Part shown: in pieces, positions 36,447 to 50,333 of the stretch
How the letters are laid out: each line of letters opens with the position of its first letter
Position numbering within the stretch: the stretch's first letter is position 1
NCBI GenBank assembly: GCA_010093705.1
Contig: MU006091.1
Coordinates: forward strand, 744,001 to 808,000
Source of the DNA: Patellaria atrata CBS 101060
Lineage: Eukaryota
Length of the DNA: 64,000 bases
Direction of reading: 5' to 3'
The notes under the pieces: generated by a model
The model's input: the letters and a program-made list of their open reading frames with translations, nothing else
Database searches by the model: none
Told to the model about the DNA's origin: nothing
Made by a program: the position numbers and the translations under genes

Positions 36447-37320
36447 TCAAGACTCTGGAGACGAAGGGCTCAAGATGCGGAGACGTGGCGGGGGTGTTCA
36501 AAGACTAGCCATTGCTGTGTGTTGGACAAGCCTAATTCGAGAAGGGTGATACAAGTTTTCAATATGTGTCACTCGTGGCGAGACGTGAACGAGGAGACGG
36601 ATGTTTGTAGAGGGGTGTGTATGCAAGATTTGTGTTGAGTATCTACAGTACACGAAGGCTGAGATGATCTCAAATACCTTACAAGAGCGAAGGGGTCATC
36701 ATCGTTGGTACCTGGATTCGCCAAGGCTGCCAAGCGGGCTCCGTATCTTGCTGCCCGCTCCCGGTCCACCAGGTCTGCTTCACCAGAACTACCAACATCA
36801 CCGCTTTCGTCTTCCTGTATTTACAAGATATAAATCTACTTGCTTCCGTACGCCTTACTGAAACGTTCCAGCGCTCCGGGGTGAGTCGCAACGCATGCAA
36901 GTACAAGACAGAGCTGTCTTGCAAGCTAGGACTATCAATATACACTACATCCAATTGTTGACACCTGGTAGACCGCCTTGCGATTAGGAGGGATCACACG
37001 AAAATCACATTTTCAGACAAGTTGGAAAACGTCCCATACGGTGGATCCGTTCAGCCTGATCGGATTCTTATGCAGCCCTAGAACTAGGTATTCCCTATTT
37101 TCGCGACCACTGTCCCGTCGGAACAAGGCCATTGAACTTGATTAGAAACGCGAGAATTAATAAACGGTCAGGCAGCAACTTACCGCCTGTCTTTTACCGA
37201 TAGAAAAAAGGCTCCTGGAAAAGGCTTCATACCTTAAAAATTGCTCAATCCATCGATATCCTGATTCCTATCTGCTCCGTACTATTCATCTGTCCATCAA
37301 GGTACTCAAGGACCCAAAAG

Positions 37321-37834
37321 ATGGTTCTGGAGGCAGGTTACGCAAACACTTCAGGCTTCCGCAAGGTCGTCAAAGCTACGATCCTCATCAAAAAGAAAGA
37401 TGGAATGTCCGATGACGACTTTATTGATCATTACAACCACATACATGCCCAAATGGCTGCTCCAGTCCTGCTCAAGCATAAGATAATCAGCTATAGTTTG
37501 GTAAGATAGCCTCCCTCCTGTTCTCCCTCGCCATGATATACTACTCTCATAATCCCCGACTCGTCTTTGATATGTTGCAACCCGACAGACGTACCACCTT
37601 CAAAGAGACCGGACCATCATGCAGGACATCATGAAGGGTAAAGCCCAGTTATTACCTTACGATGCTATTTGCACCTTCATCTTTCCGGATTACCTGGCTC
37701 TGGCAAGGTTTATGTATGACAAAGAGTCAAAGGCTCTAACGATGGATCACCAAAACTTCATGGACGATAGTCAGATGAAGATGATGGTGGGAGATGAGTA
37801 TGTCGTTATTCAAGATGGACAAAAGATCGCATGA
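37321..37834 (+). CDS. EthD-domain (dimeric alpha-beta barrel) protein
   Basis: KKKDGMSDDDFIDHYNHIHA, YDAI, DHQNFMD. One intron at 37501-~37588. Confidence 0.85.
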
Positions 37835-37879
37835 ACATCTTGCCTTATCTACTGGCATCGCAAAGTTTCCTCCCATCGC

Positions 37880-38480
37880 TGCAAATTGTTCTTAAGCCAT
37901 TAGTATCTTTAACTGATCACGCACTCATACAATAGTACTTCTTATCTCCTACTCTAATCAGTGTTATCATCTTCTCGTCGCTTTTCTTACGCTTATTATT
38001 GATGTTTTCCCCTTATTTTCTAGTCTATACACTGATCACTCTTAAAACCCATTCATTCAAATTAGCTAAGCTTACAGTCTTTCTCGCCTAAGCACATCTC
38101 TTGAGAGAATGATATTCATTAGCTCGGATTTGACATGATTTCCTACGGTGTCCTTCAGTCTTATACTACCAATGTCTCTTTCAACGCTGAGGTAAGGCGG
38201 AAGATTGCTGGGCAGATATACTCATCTCTACCAGCGTTCTCTGTCTTCGAGTTTGTTAAATATCAACGCATTCTCACATGTTGAATTCCCTACAGACTTA
38301 CAGTCATGTCGAATACTTTCCTTTCATTTTCTTTTCACAGTTGAGGAGGATTCGATTAGACTACGGAATATACTTCTAGTAGAAATCATATCACTCAATT
38401 TTAAGAGCCATTCAATCAATGCATTCTCAACGCCATTGAGATACAATAGTAGTAGTTCTTACAGGTCATGGTATGACTTC
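37880..38480 (-). mobile_element. Probable heavily decayed Fot1/pogo (Tc1/mariner) transposase remnant
   Basis: AT-rich stretch. Minus-strand fragments read ENALIEWLLKL (CENP-B HTH-like), N-L-N-E-x-G-F (like NFDETGF) and T-I-V-E-C-V (like VTVIECI), in the expected order but broken by stops and frameshifts. Confidence 0.35.
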
Positions 38481-39083
38481 TGCACGAATTTAGTTGCAAC
38501 TTAAAGGGTTATCCTCCCCAGAAACTACTTTTTAAAAGTCTACATTCCTTCAGGTTAGCTTTTCCAAACTGTATTGCTCTCCCACTTTGCTGAATTCTTC
38601 TTTTATGTTAAGTTCAACCTAGGTTCCGCGGGTAAGCCGATCGCCGCATAGAAGCGGGGTGGGACAGGTTACCGGTTACCGCCACAAGCATTTTTCTTTA
38701 CATAATCATCTTTTTCTCTTACTACTTATTTCCACACTATTTCTGCTTTTTTTTAAGGTTGAGAAATTCTTAATTCCGTATTTTATTATTAGTAGAAGAG
38801 ACTTTTGCAAGGGACCGCTTCAATTGACGCCGCATAACTGAATCCTACTACTTTATATATATTCTTCTTCAGTCATTTAGCATTCTTTTCTCCTTGTCAA
38901 CGAGTCTCCTTAATTGTTGAATGATCTTGATCATCAAGTGACCTTAGGAGTGGCATGAGGTCTAACTAAGCGAACGGATGCTCTATGCTTTTCTCATCCT
39001 CTAGCAGGAACGCGGCGAAAAAGAAATTACTTAACAAACATTGTCACCCTAGGACATTGGTTCATCTAACTGAAGCTATCACT

Positions 39084-40839
39084 ATGGAAAAACCAGCGCC
39101 GCTTCAGAAAGCCATGGAGACTCCTCCACATATCCAACATACTGAACCAACCGAACAGGAGGAAATCATCTATAGGCCTACCTCTCTACCAGGTTCCATT
39201 TTGTCCGATGACAGGAGCATAAAGAACGACAAAGACCTAGAATCCAATCCTCAACACACAACTCACACCAACCTCCCCAACTTCCCCGACCCACCGAACT
39301 CCTCCCTCGTAACATGGTCCTCCCCAACCGACCCCTCAAACCCGCAGAACTTCCCCTCCCTCCTCCGCTGGACCCTCATCACGCTCGTCTCCCTTGTCAC
39401 CTTCGCCGCCGGCCTCAGCTCCTCCATGTTCGCCCCCGCCGTCCCCGCCGTGATGGCCGAATTCCGCAGCACTAACGCCGCCCTCGCCTCCTTCATCGTG
39501 ACCGTCTACGTCCTCGGCCTCGCCACCGGTCCCCTCTTCTTCGCTCCTCTGTCGGAGCTCTACGGCCGCCTTGGCGTCCAGCATGTCGGTAATCTGGGCT
39601 TTTTGCTCTTTACCGTTGCTTGTGCAGAGGCGAGGGGATTGGGCACGCTTGTTGCGTATAGGCTGCTGCAAGGCATCTTCGCGGCGGTCCCGCTGACGAA
39701 TGGGGGAGGCATTATTGCGGATATGGTGAGGCAGGAGGAGAGGGGGTTCGCGCTCGCAATGTTCACGCTGGGTCTGCTCTTTGGAAGTGTGGTTGGGCCT
39801 GTTGGGGGGGGTTATTTGGCGGCTGCTGAGGGGTGGAGATGGGTGTTTTGGGTGCAGGCTATTTTGGTAGGTGGCACTCTTCAAATAAAGAACGAGGAGT
39901 TACTATAGGTCACTGGATCCCCCATGACTGTCTTCACTGATACTTCCCAGATCGGCATCGTATTTCTCGCCTCTTTAATCCTCTGGCGCGAAACCTACGC
40001 CCCCGTCCTTCTAGAGCGCAAGGCTGCGCGGTTGCGACTGGAAACAGGTAACTCGACCCTAAGGACAAAATATGACACCGGCCTCTCTAAAACGGGATAC
40101 TTCAAACGCGGTATAAGTCGAGTACTCAAAATGCTCGTCTTCTCCCCGATCGTGCTCGCTTTCGCCGTCTACATGGGTCTCATGTACTCGTACTTCTACC
40201 TCCTCGTCACCATCCTCACACCGATATACGAAGACGTCTACGGCTTCAGTTCAAGCAGTGTCGGATTGAGCTTCTTGGGAATAGGTGTAGGATTCTTGCT
40301 CGGACAGGTCGCGTTCGCTGCCACGAGTGACCGCATCTTGAAACATTTGACGGAAAGGAGCCAGGAGAAGGAGATGAAACCGGAATATAGGTTACCGCCC
40401 GCAATCGTAGGAGGTATATGCATGCCGATCGCGTTTTTCTGGTTTGGGTGGAGCGCACACGCGAGAGCGCATTGGGTACTCCCTATAATCGGTACCTGTT
40501 TTTTGGGATTTGGGAATTCGCTTATAATTGTGAGTTCTTGTCACCGATGTGCAGGTGGATAGGTAAGCTAATCCTCCGAAGATGACTATTCAGTCTTACA
40601 GCATAGATGCATTTACCGTCTACGCTGCATCTGCTCTGGGGGCAAATACTGTCCTTCGGTCCGTAATGGCAGCCACGTTACCACTTGCCGCACCAAAGAT
40701 GTTCGATACACTAGGACTTGGGTGGGGAAACTCGCTCCTAGCTTTTCTGGCACTCGCCATGGTTCCAATTCCGTGGTTGTTGTACATCTACGGGGAAAGG
40801 ATACGCAAGTGGAATGGCAATATCATGGAAAGTGTTTGA
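39084..40839 (+). CDS. MFS multidrug transporter (DHA1 family)
   Basis: [65 protein letters not shown]. Two introns. Confidence 0.92.
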
Positions 40840-40924
40840 AGAATGATCATGATCATCGGTTCTCATAAGCAGGGTATCATTAATGTGCACAGAGCTGTGT
40901 AATGTCACAGAGGTTCCAAGACTG

Positions 40925-42380
40925 TCATCTCCTTCTCGGTAAAAGTCTCCTTACCCAAACAAAGCTTCCAGCGGTTGGATCCATGATGCATGCATAGTGC
41001 GTCTCCTCATTGCAGATAGGATACGCGCTCACCCAGTTCACAAGGGTTTTCTGTGAAATGGCCGCTTCTCCTTCTCTAAGTCCGGATCTCTGGCATGCGC
41101 GTTGCCATTTCTCACTTACGCAAGCCTTTCGTTGCGTTGAGTCCTCTATCAGATCGGCCATCCCCGCAATATCGTGCTGTGGTGTGTACGGATTTGTTTC
41201 ATCCGTGGACGTTACCAATTCTGCATCATGATTGGTTGCCGCGATGAAAGAACTGGATTCATAAACCTTGGCCGTTATGTGATCCTTTTCTACCACAGCA
41301 GTGTTCTCGCCAGAGCAAAAGATCAGGTACGCGGCCGTAGAGTGTTGCGAGGGTAAAGTCTCGAGGATATCCTTTAAGGATTGGGAGCACGTCATAGATT
41401 GTTCTTTTGAAACCGCTTTTTGGACGACCTTGTACTGCGGTAGAATATATGAGCGAAGAATGGAGGAGATGGAAGGGCGTAGTCCGAGGAGAACGAGCAG
41501 ATGATTAAAATAGAACCTGGTGTTTGCGACGAGAGAGTTGGTATCGTTGTGGTTTGGGCGGAAGTTGAGCGAGATACTTAGGCCCTTTCTGATTTGAGAT
41601 ACTGATTAGCGGCAAAGACTCAATGATAATGCAGAAGACGGAACTGTAAATAACTGTATAGAAGGATGGACCTGTACATAATTGTACAGGACGGAACCAC
41701 ACAGAACGACAGAAATGCACAATCGGACAATCTCTTTCAAGGTTAAGGAGTGCTAAATCGGCTTACCGTACGCCCGTCAAACATCCCACGAAACCGACAT
41801 ATGAGATCGTTCTCGCAACCACCTCTCCCTTGACCACATATTCAAATTGGACAACAACCTTCCGTAATGCATCCATACCCCAGTCTAGCGTCCTAAAATG
41901 CATCATCCTCGACCCTCCAGCCTCGTCCTTGGTTGGTCTCACCCTCACGCCTCCACTCGTGCACCCCATGAACGTGTCTAGCAATACATTCAGCGCTACC
42001 AGTAGATACAGTTCGATTTTAATCTGCTTCGCAATCCCTCGAATCTCCTCTAGTTGATCTTGTTCGTAAAGCCGCCGTAGGAACAATTTCGACAGCAATT
42101 GTATTGGTTTCAGGGGTAAACGGAGCGCTTCTACGACTTCCTGGAACAAGCTCACGAGGTTGAGGAGCTCTGGTTCGAAATCTTTGACTACTTCGGTATA
42201 TCTCTCGCTAGGAGGTTTTAAAAGATCTATGCGGTAGAGTGGGGGAGTATCTCGGGAGAAATCGCGACGGTCGAGCTCCTCATAGTCGGAGAAATCGGAG
42301 TGTATCTCGGGGCCGTCGTCTGGTGCTTGCGCTGTCTCATGTCGAGAGTTTACGCGGGACGATGAGGACTCGGAAGCCAT
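40925..42380 (-). CDS. Acid ceramidase / N-acylethanolamine acid amidase-like Ntn hydrolase
   Basis: PPLYRIDL.KPPSERY, nucleophile MGCTSGG, HFRTLDWGM, GFVGCLTGVR/KGLSISLNFR, ATNHD, THYACIMDP. One intron at ~41590-41766. Confidence 0.88.
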
Positions 42381-42898
42381 TTGTAAGGAAATGCACCGGA
42401 GGTAATTGGTATGTTGAAAGAATGGAAAAAGAGGTTGCGTGTTGGACTTTGGCAAATTCAAGATAATGGTTACCTGCTACGTGGGCCAATTGGATACTGT
42501 ATTGTCAATACTAGAAAATTATGATTAAAGAATTGAGGAATAGAAAAGGAGAAAGGGCAAAATGCATAGATTCCAAGAACTCTGCTGGAGATCCATCTCT
42601 ATTTCCCCACTTGTCCTTTGGAAAATAGATAGAGGTTGCCGTTCTAGGAGAGCGTGCTGTTACGGTAGTACGTCAGAGATCGTAGAACGAAGTTGGGACG
42701 GGACGGATTTACTATTCCCCTTATGCATGGGAGATCATCTTGAACTACCATATGCATGACACTTCGAGCTCCAATCTCTTACTTGGCGGCTTGGAGTATC
42801 GTAGACGACTTTCTACGATACAGTAATATAAATATGAATTATACTCAGATTAGAGGTAATATCTCTCTCTTGAATCTTTTCCTAACTCCTAGGGCACC

Positions 42899-43612
42899 AT
42901 GACACGCTCCGATGAGGATAATTCCCGCGCAAAGTCTCTTCAGGAACAGTATGAAAAGCGTCCAGACCCCCAAGCCCTAGCCTCCAATCCCAATCCTTCA
43001 GAGAATTCATCTTCGGATGTCGACTACGAGCCTTACCCTGAAAAATCAATTAAAATCTCGCCGGAGCAGCAAAAGATCGTGGATTCGATATGTAACCTTT
43101 ACTCTGGAAGTGCTAGCGAGGAAGATATGCAGGTTTACGCAGAAGAAGCTATGTATGATGATCCGTGGAGTTTCTGCGACTCTAGGTATAAGATTGCTGG
43201 ACAGTGGTATGGTACGTCAAGATCGTAGGGACAATGCACGATTCCAAAGCCCACGATAATGTCTCGTCTTGAACCGGCTAAGGACTCAAAATCATAACTC
43301 TAATTTCTAAGTCTTACGACAGGCATTCCAAAAATAATGCTCCACTCTCGAACGTTAAAAAGAGAAGTTGTATCTTCGAAATCAGACGAGATCATCTTTA
43401 AGCTCCAGCAAGAGTATACGCCGAAGCCAATGCCCATCGCCAAACCAGTTAATTCTCTAGTAACTCTCACGCTCGATGAACAAGGAAAGGTGAGACACCA
43501 TAAGGACATGTGGAACGAGAAGGACTACAGTCACGAAGGATTAGGAAAGGTGCTGAAGACGCTGAACGGGGATCATTTGACTAAGATTACGCAACCGCCT
43601 GAGACGTTGTAA
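42899..43612 (+). CDS. Conserved fungal SnoaL/NTF2-like protein
   Basis: VYAEEAMYDDPWSFCDSRYKIAGQWY/GIPK, VRHHKDMWNEKDYSHEGLG. One intron at ~43212-43322. Confidence 0.7.
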
Positions 43613-43876
43613 TAATTGGTCGGGCCCATAGTATCCGCCTTCGAAATGCACTTCATCTTTCAGTCTGATGTTTGTGGGTGTCAAATAAAAACTCATTCTT
43701 TATGTGATATCTCATAAATTTATAAATATACAGATGAGACTCATCACCAATATATTTACATACTGCACAACATGTCTCATTGCATCACCCTCTTCGTCTT
43801 CATTATCGGTGTCGTTTGGAGAATCTTCGGGCTCAGTGTCGTTCGTTTCACTATACATTTAATTCATTAATGTCGA

Positions 43877-45400
43877 TTATTGATCACCAATTGGGGGGAC
43901 ATACCTTTGGCTCGAGTCTGGAGCAACATGAATCTCCCAATATCTCGTTATATTTTGGTCGGTGTCATCTACAGCGGTTTCATTTGCCTCATTGAAATTT
44001 GGATGCGTCACCTCTGCCGCCAGAACACCGTCCTTCGTTCCATTCTTCACAAGATGGAAAAACTCTGTTGAGACGCGGATATATTGGGCTAAAGCATCCG
44101 AGGAATTCAAAGTAGCATTAAATTCAGGGTTCGCGAAGAATGCGCTAAACTGACCTCCGAGAAACGAAGGATCAGTTATCGTAGTATGGGCAGTGCCTAG
44201 CAAAGTCATAAACCAACCGCCACCAGTCTCATCGGGTGCGTCTTCTGCAATATCTTTGAGAACATCGAAGTGCTCTCGTCCATAGAAGTTGAAGGGTATG
44301 CTTGACCATTCCTCTGAATCCGCCATCAAAATAGGGATATGGACATCAGTATTTAGCGGGCCGGATTGTTTGCCGGGATCTAGCAGGATAGCACCCTGAG
44401 CAGGTACAGTACCATTGGGAGCCTCGGAAAGTGTCTGAAGGGCAGAAGCTGCACCGAATGAATGCCCGCCAACGAGCAACGTTGACAGATCCAACCGACC
44501 GTTCCAGCCATCGAGGGTTTCACCTTCGTCACGCGTGTTTGCGGAACGAATCGCTGTGCCCTCGCCAGATGTGATGTTTTGAAGTACTTTAATCACTTCC
44601 ACGACTTCGGCTTGACGGAAATCTCGCTGGGCAAGGGTGATGTCGGTTACATTCGTTACGGACCTAAGCCGTCAGCCTTTGCAACGACCATAACTCATTC
44701 ATGTTGCTGATGAATTTATATCAGTCTGGCAGTGCAGCACTTACGAGATTGTATCAGGTAAAAGATATGTCACATTCTTCGTCGTACCATCAGATCTGCG
44801 TACTTGAGTTGCAGCAGCACTACCGTCTCGATGCTCAACAGCAGCAACGACAAAACCGTGACTGGCGAGGTCACCGCAAAATTGAGAATACCATGCTCGT
44901 AGCGCTACATCGCCGTGCGAAAAGACTAGAACGGGGAAGGGTGCAGCGGAATCGAGTATAGGGGCATCCACAATAGCAGAGATGTTAATACTCCCTGCCA
45001 AGGATTGGATTGCTGTGGTTAGAAAATCTGTGCTGATACTCGAGTTTGAAGAATTGACATAGACACTTAGACCTTCCGCAACAAGGTCCAAAGGTCGTGG
45101 AATCCACGGACGCTGTGGGTGTGATGATTCTATATCTGAATCGATGGGATAGTATGTAGAGAAGAGGACTGTCTCAAGCTAGGTTTTATTAGAAATACAG
45201 GCATGAAAGCATCTGACTTAAAATCTTACTAAAAACACTGGCTCTCCTGTTTCTTCAAAGGTGTAGTTGCTGATATTTCGGGGGTTGATGGGAACTTCTA
45301 TGTCGATTGTGCCCACACCGAATTGACCGGTGTATGGCGGCAACTGGCCCCATACAAATTGAATAAAACAGGAATATAAGAGAAGAAAATGAATGGACAT
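43877..45400 (-). CDS. Secreted platelet-activating-factor acetylhydrolase-like alpha/beta hydrolase
   Basis: Signal peptide MSIHFLLL..VWG, LPPYTGQFGVGTIDIE, FPVLVFSHG, CGDLASHGFVVAAVEHRDGS, nucleophile GHSFG, LDP. Two introns. Confidence 0.88.
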
Positions 45401-45674
45401 ATTTACACGAGATAGAGGTCCGTAAGACAGTATTGGCACTACATCGAATACTTAAGCTGCGTCTTGTTTGTGTTAGAGTTCTAAAGTGGCTGTGAACACG
45501 CGTCATAGGTTACAGCGATCTGCTTCGGCCTGATGCCGATCAGGGGTATTTGCAGTGGAAACCAACAACTTCGACTATTAGGAATTTCGGAATCCTTCCA
45601 TAACCCTGACTGCATACTTGTATATTCAGTAGTAGTTGGGCTTTATCGAAGGATGCTACGACCCTTAATCATTG

Positions 45675-47998
45675 TCAATAGAGCCACACTTTCCTCCATC
45701 TTAATTTCTCTTCGCTCATCTGGTCTAACACTCTCACATGTAGCAACCCTACGCCAACACGCTCGAGGAGTATATCCTCAATATCTTCTTGTTGCTGAGA
45801 CTTTTCAGTTGGCCTTACAACAAGCACATTCATATATGCCCATGCGTGCCATTCTCCAACGAGGGGCTCCCATTGCACATCTGCTCCGCCACCTTCACTT
45901 ATTGCTTCATCCGACACGTGGTACTCCGTATCAAGGTCTTTGGTATATACATGACCTCCACCTGTGGTTCCTGGGGATGCCCATGAAAGAATGAGGATCT
46001 GATGTTCTTCAGGATTGGGACTCACAGGTGGGAGCAATGAACCCTTTAGCACCCCACATTTTCTTCCCTGGGGGTCAAGAAGAAACTGACGGTCGATTTG
46101 AAGACGAATACTGAGAGTTTCGAAGTGGAGCGTTCCGTCCGGATATGAAAGTTGTTCACGATAGGTTGTGATGGATGTACCATCTCGTGGGTTTACGGCC
46201 CATGTGTTAGGTAAGAGAATATCCAGACGTCCATAAAGTGATGCTGCACTCGGGCTACCATACGTAGGACACGGTTCCTCATAGTCATCTTCGGCATCTC
46301 CTTCAGACATGTTCCCTCTCTCGTCCTCTTCTAGTTCATCACTTCCGCTTCCATCATCCTCCACCCTGTTTGCATCAGCTTCTTCAAACTTCGTCACCTG
46401 GGTCTTATCGCGCTCCGGATCCCAAACTGGGATCAAAATTGCTTCAGGCAGACAAAATATATACCAATCAATCCAGGTCCGTCGGAGTAACCAATTATGA
46501 TCAACTTCAATCCCACATGGACTCGGTAGCAACAACCTACTTTTAACTCCCACCCAGGACCAACTTGGAAAGCAAGGCCTTCGCGTCAAATCGCCCACAG
46601 TTTCCCAAAGTAAACCCCAGTCGAAGACCGCCGCAGGGATTCCATAGAACAGCCGGGAATTACTCAAATGTTCGTTAAGGGCGCTCAAAACTCCGGCAAA
46701 CGCATGTAAGCCGTCTGATGGAAAGGTTAGGTTCCGTTCGCTGTAAGGTTCTACGAGAGCTCCGTACTGCTGCAACGGTTGTTCCATTACGTGTATTCCG
46801 AAGGTACTCGCACCACCAGCTGCTTCTACATCCGGTGTCTCAACGACGTCCTCGCGCCATAGTGAGTCTAAACATGAAAAGTAGACAGAGCCGTTCAAGA
46901 AAACCAGACACCGCGGTGATAAAGCAACTTCCTGGAAGCTTCAAGTTAAAAGTTAGCATTAGACAAGACCGGGTTGGTCCAAACTCACGTCCAGCCTCTT
47001 GTCGCATGCCAGGAGTCCCTGAGCTCGACCGCAAAATGCGGTAGTATTCCTAACTGCAGGTCTGGTCTAATAATTTCAAGAAGCCCATTAGTGGAACCCC
47101 TTGAACCTTTTTCATATCCAGACAGCCCAGTACTCGCATCTGTTCCGCTTGCTGCTACAATGGTCACTGTCGAATTGGCGTAGATACTATCCATGTTCGC
47201 GATCAGGTTTAATTTCACCTTATCGTCGTCTTGCACGATGCACAGAGAATCTACCCAAAGGTACAGGTACCCTAACTCGCGTGTCAAGTCAATTGCATCT
47301 TGGATAGTCTTAGGCAGTACGACGTGTGAAAACGCTCCTTCAGACGAAATCCCATCTACATTCGTCCTTTTCGTCATCACATTATTTTTGGTTCCCCATA
47401 CGTAGCTTAACGCAACGTATTCTTTCTCTTCGTCAAGCCTAATCAGACATTGTTGACGAACGTCTATGACCCTGAAATCTTGCAGCGTAGAGGGATGTCT
47501 TGACCCCCGAAAATAGCTCTTTTTATGGACGTCCCCATGCGTATTCTTACAAGCACTGATCCAGCCTCGTAGTCTTTGAATTTCTACTCCATCTTGACTA
47601 AGCTTTCTCGCCCTCAAGAATCCTGATTCTAGATCATCGTGGACTAATTCTATCCTATACTCTCTCTGATGTCGGTTACTGACCAGGTTGGCGTAGAGAC
47701 CCGAACCAAAGAGATGCTCGTTTAGCTCAGATGGCTCATACTCTGGATTATGCGGTCCCCAGAACAACAGCCACTGGACATCATCACCGGTCGGTAGGTT
47801 ACCCCGCTCATTCTTCAGCAGTGTATGCAGAATTAGACGGCATAAAGGGCACTTTTGGCTACGGCGGAGAACGCCCAAGGTCCGCTCGAGGACTGGTGTA
47901 TTCTCATCTCGTCCTCTTTCGAAAGGAGGCTTGATGAAATCTTCGCGAATAAGGTATAGAGAAGCACAAGCGTCGCAAAGCTGATCTAGGGGTTCCAT
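45675..47998 (-). CDS. HET-domain (heterokaryon incompatibility, TIR-like) protein
   Basis: YVALSYVWG, PKTIQDAI, YLWVDSLCIVQDD, MDSIY, TRGWT/FQE (one intron at ~46937-46988), YSERNLT..D.LHAFAG, FPSWSWVG. Confidence 0.92.
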
Positions 47999-48571
47999 TA
48001 CAGCAGCATTGAAGGGAGAGTTTATTCAATTGGAAGTCTGTTGTCAGTGCTGCAGGCTGAGCTTCACACGCCTAGGTAGTGACATTGTCGAATGTACTAG
48101 TTGCTAGCTTGCCGCTGCAAGCTACAGGCTGCATGCGATGAACTGCAAGTCATGAGGCCGAATTTGTTCGCTCTGCTCTGGTGCGCAAAGTCATATTCAA
48201 GCTTTAGAAAGATAAAAAAAGGTATTCTAAGGGTATAATAAACACCTGGTAATGCATTTACTTAGGTAGCCATACGTACTCTAAGCTTCAAACCCTCTTC
48301 CCTAGATGAGCTTCCTTTTCATGGTATTTTATTATATAATACATGCGTGTTAAGATTAAGGTAATATTCCGCGTATTCATATGACGACAATGCAAAGGAG
48401 AAACTGCTTGGCCTAGCACTCCAGGAACTTTCGAAAGATTAAGTCATCAACTTCGTAGTTCACGAATATCCCAATATAGCAATTTGACAGTTTAGCAGAA
48501 AAGCTCCCCAAGGCTTCTGGAAGGTATTGCATCCAAACTCAATACAAATCAAAATCATGAGAATTAGTAGA

Positions 48572-50333
48572 TTATACTGTCGCGTGGGGCTTTAGGCCAT
48601 TCCTTTTTGCTGACCGGTCCGCTTCACGTTTGTTTCTTGAAGGTTCTACACCTAACATTCTATGGATATTTTTATCTACGACGGGGTTAGTACGGAGTTC
48701 TATGTTTGGAAAGATGCTGGAGACTTACTGATTCCGTGAAAGATGTATTCCAGCAAGGGCGGAACCCAAATCGTAACAGCAACAATCTGACCAAAGCTCC
48801 AACCCCACGTGTTCATCATATCGAGGGTTGTTGCAATTTCGAGGAGGGACATTTGTAACCCAAAGCCGGCGAGGTAGCCAGCTGTTGTGAGCCAGAAAAG
48901 GACTTTATGCCACGTAGGGGACGTCCTATTCTCGGTTCTTTCCTCCTGAAACTCCTCAACCTTATCGGACACCCCAGCTGCAACCGCCCTTTCCAATGCT
49001 ACTCTTTCAGTTCGCCATCGAAGGAGATGATTTATGACTAATATGAGGAGCACAGCAGTTGAGAACAACCAGATAAGAAGTGGAAGGACCCGAAGCTTGG
49101 ATGCTGCATCCCTGAGCGGTTGTGAGTTGATCCAATCGGCAGCTCGATCGATGGGACATGCTGCTAACGCAGAGTACCCACCACAGGCTGGATAAGCGGA
49201 AAGTTTATACATGAACTGCGAGTAAACGTCGTATTGATCAATCTTCGTGGAGATTTGGATCATGTGCGAGTACAGGGTCCAGCACACCAATGAAGACAAC
49301 GCCCAGACGATGATTGTCAAAAGTGTAATGACGAGATTCGACTTGTGGTAGAAGAAAAGGAGAAAGTATGCAAAAGTGATTGGAAGTATTCCGTTCGTAG
49401 CTAATGGCAGCAACATAAATGTTAGGAGCATATCTGTTTCGTAGATGCCTTCAGAGAAACAAGCGATCATAAGAGTCCCGCTGAAGTAACATTGAGCTTT
49501 GTGAAACTCTAGGAGCAGTAGTTCGATCCAGTTGTCTTGATGTTTGCCCGGGAACTCTTTAGACGATCTGGCGGGTTTTCCCTTTCTGTGACGAAAAAAT
49601 CCAGAAAGCATAAGACCAAACCACAGAACGAGGGCGAATACACATTGGAGAATGTAGGATGAGTATACCTAAATAATTGAATGGGTAAGTAATTATCAAA
49701 AGGAATGTTTTATATGCTGTTGCTTACTCCAATTCCTACAACATCTTGATCAGCGTATGGCAACGCGCGATGCTCACTATGACACAGTCTATACAGACAA
49801 TTGTTGATTTCCTGCACATTTGGAGTCGAGCTGTTGATGAGAAGTCTGGTGGGCGAGCAATAATCATTGTAACAGAAGTTAGGATCTCTCGAATTCCTAC
49901 AGGTCGAGGACAGGCAATCTGTCACGCTCGCGGTGATTGTCTGAAGAATATCTTCAGGGACGTTCGATGGGATATATCCTTCAGCAGATTCTGCCAATGT
50001 TCGATCCAGGGTACCTCGTGAAATGGATCTAGAGATGGCCGGAAGATTCGTACAAGCCCTGTAACGTGCAATTGGAGCATCACCATGGCCTGTGAAATTG
50101 TCCGCAAGCAAAGTTGTGTATAGCAATCTGGGATCTCGACACTGGGCTAAGCAGTCCCCTCCAGGGCATCCCAGTTGTAGCAGGCTTTTGTGGATATCAG
50201 TTTGCAAAAATGCGGTCTCGCAGACTGGATTGTTTGGGCTATCTTCTTCGTAGCAACATGGTAGGGTACCGTTTCGGAGACCTAAATCGACGCAGGCAAT
50301 CGGGCTATTGGAACCTGAAGCATCATCTGTCAT
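48572..50333 (-). CDS. Hypothetical protein: Cys-rich N-terminal region plus multi-pass membrane domain
   Basis: Many Cys in exon 1; ADQDVVGIG/VYSSYILQ across an intron; EFHKAQCYF; WSFGQIVAVTIW. The last exon is tentative. Confidence 0.7.

Noticed and set aside
36569..36954. Short ORFs between STE23 and the EthD gene
   Set aside because: Non-ATG starts or no recognisable motifs or splice structure.
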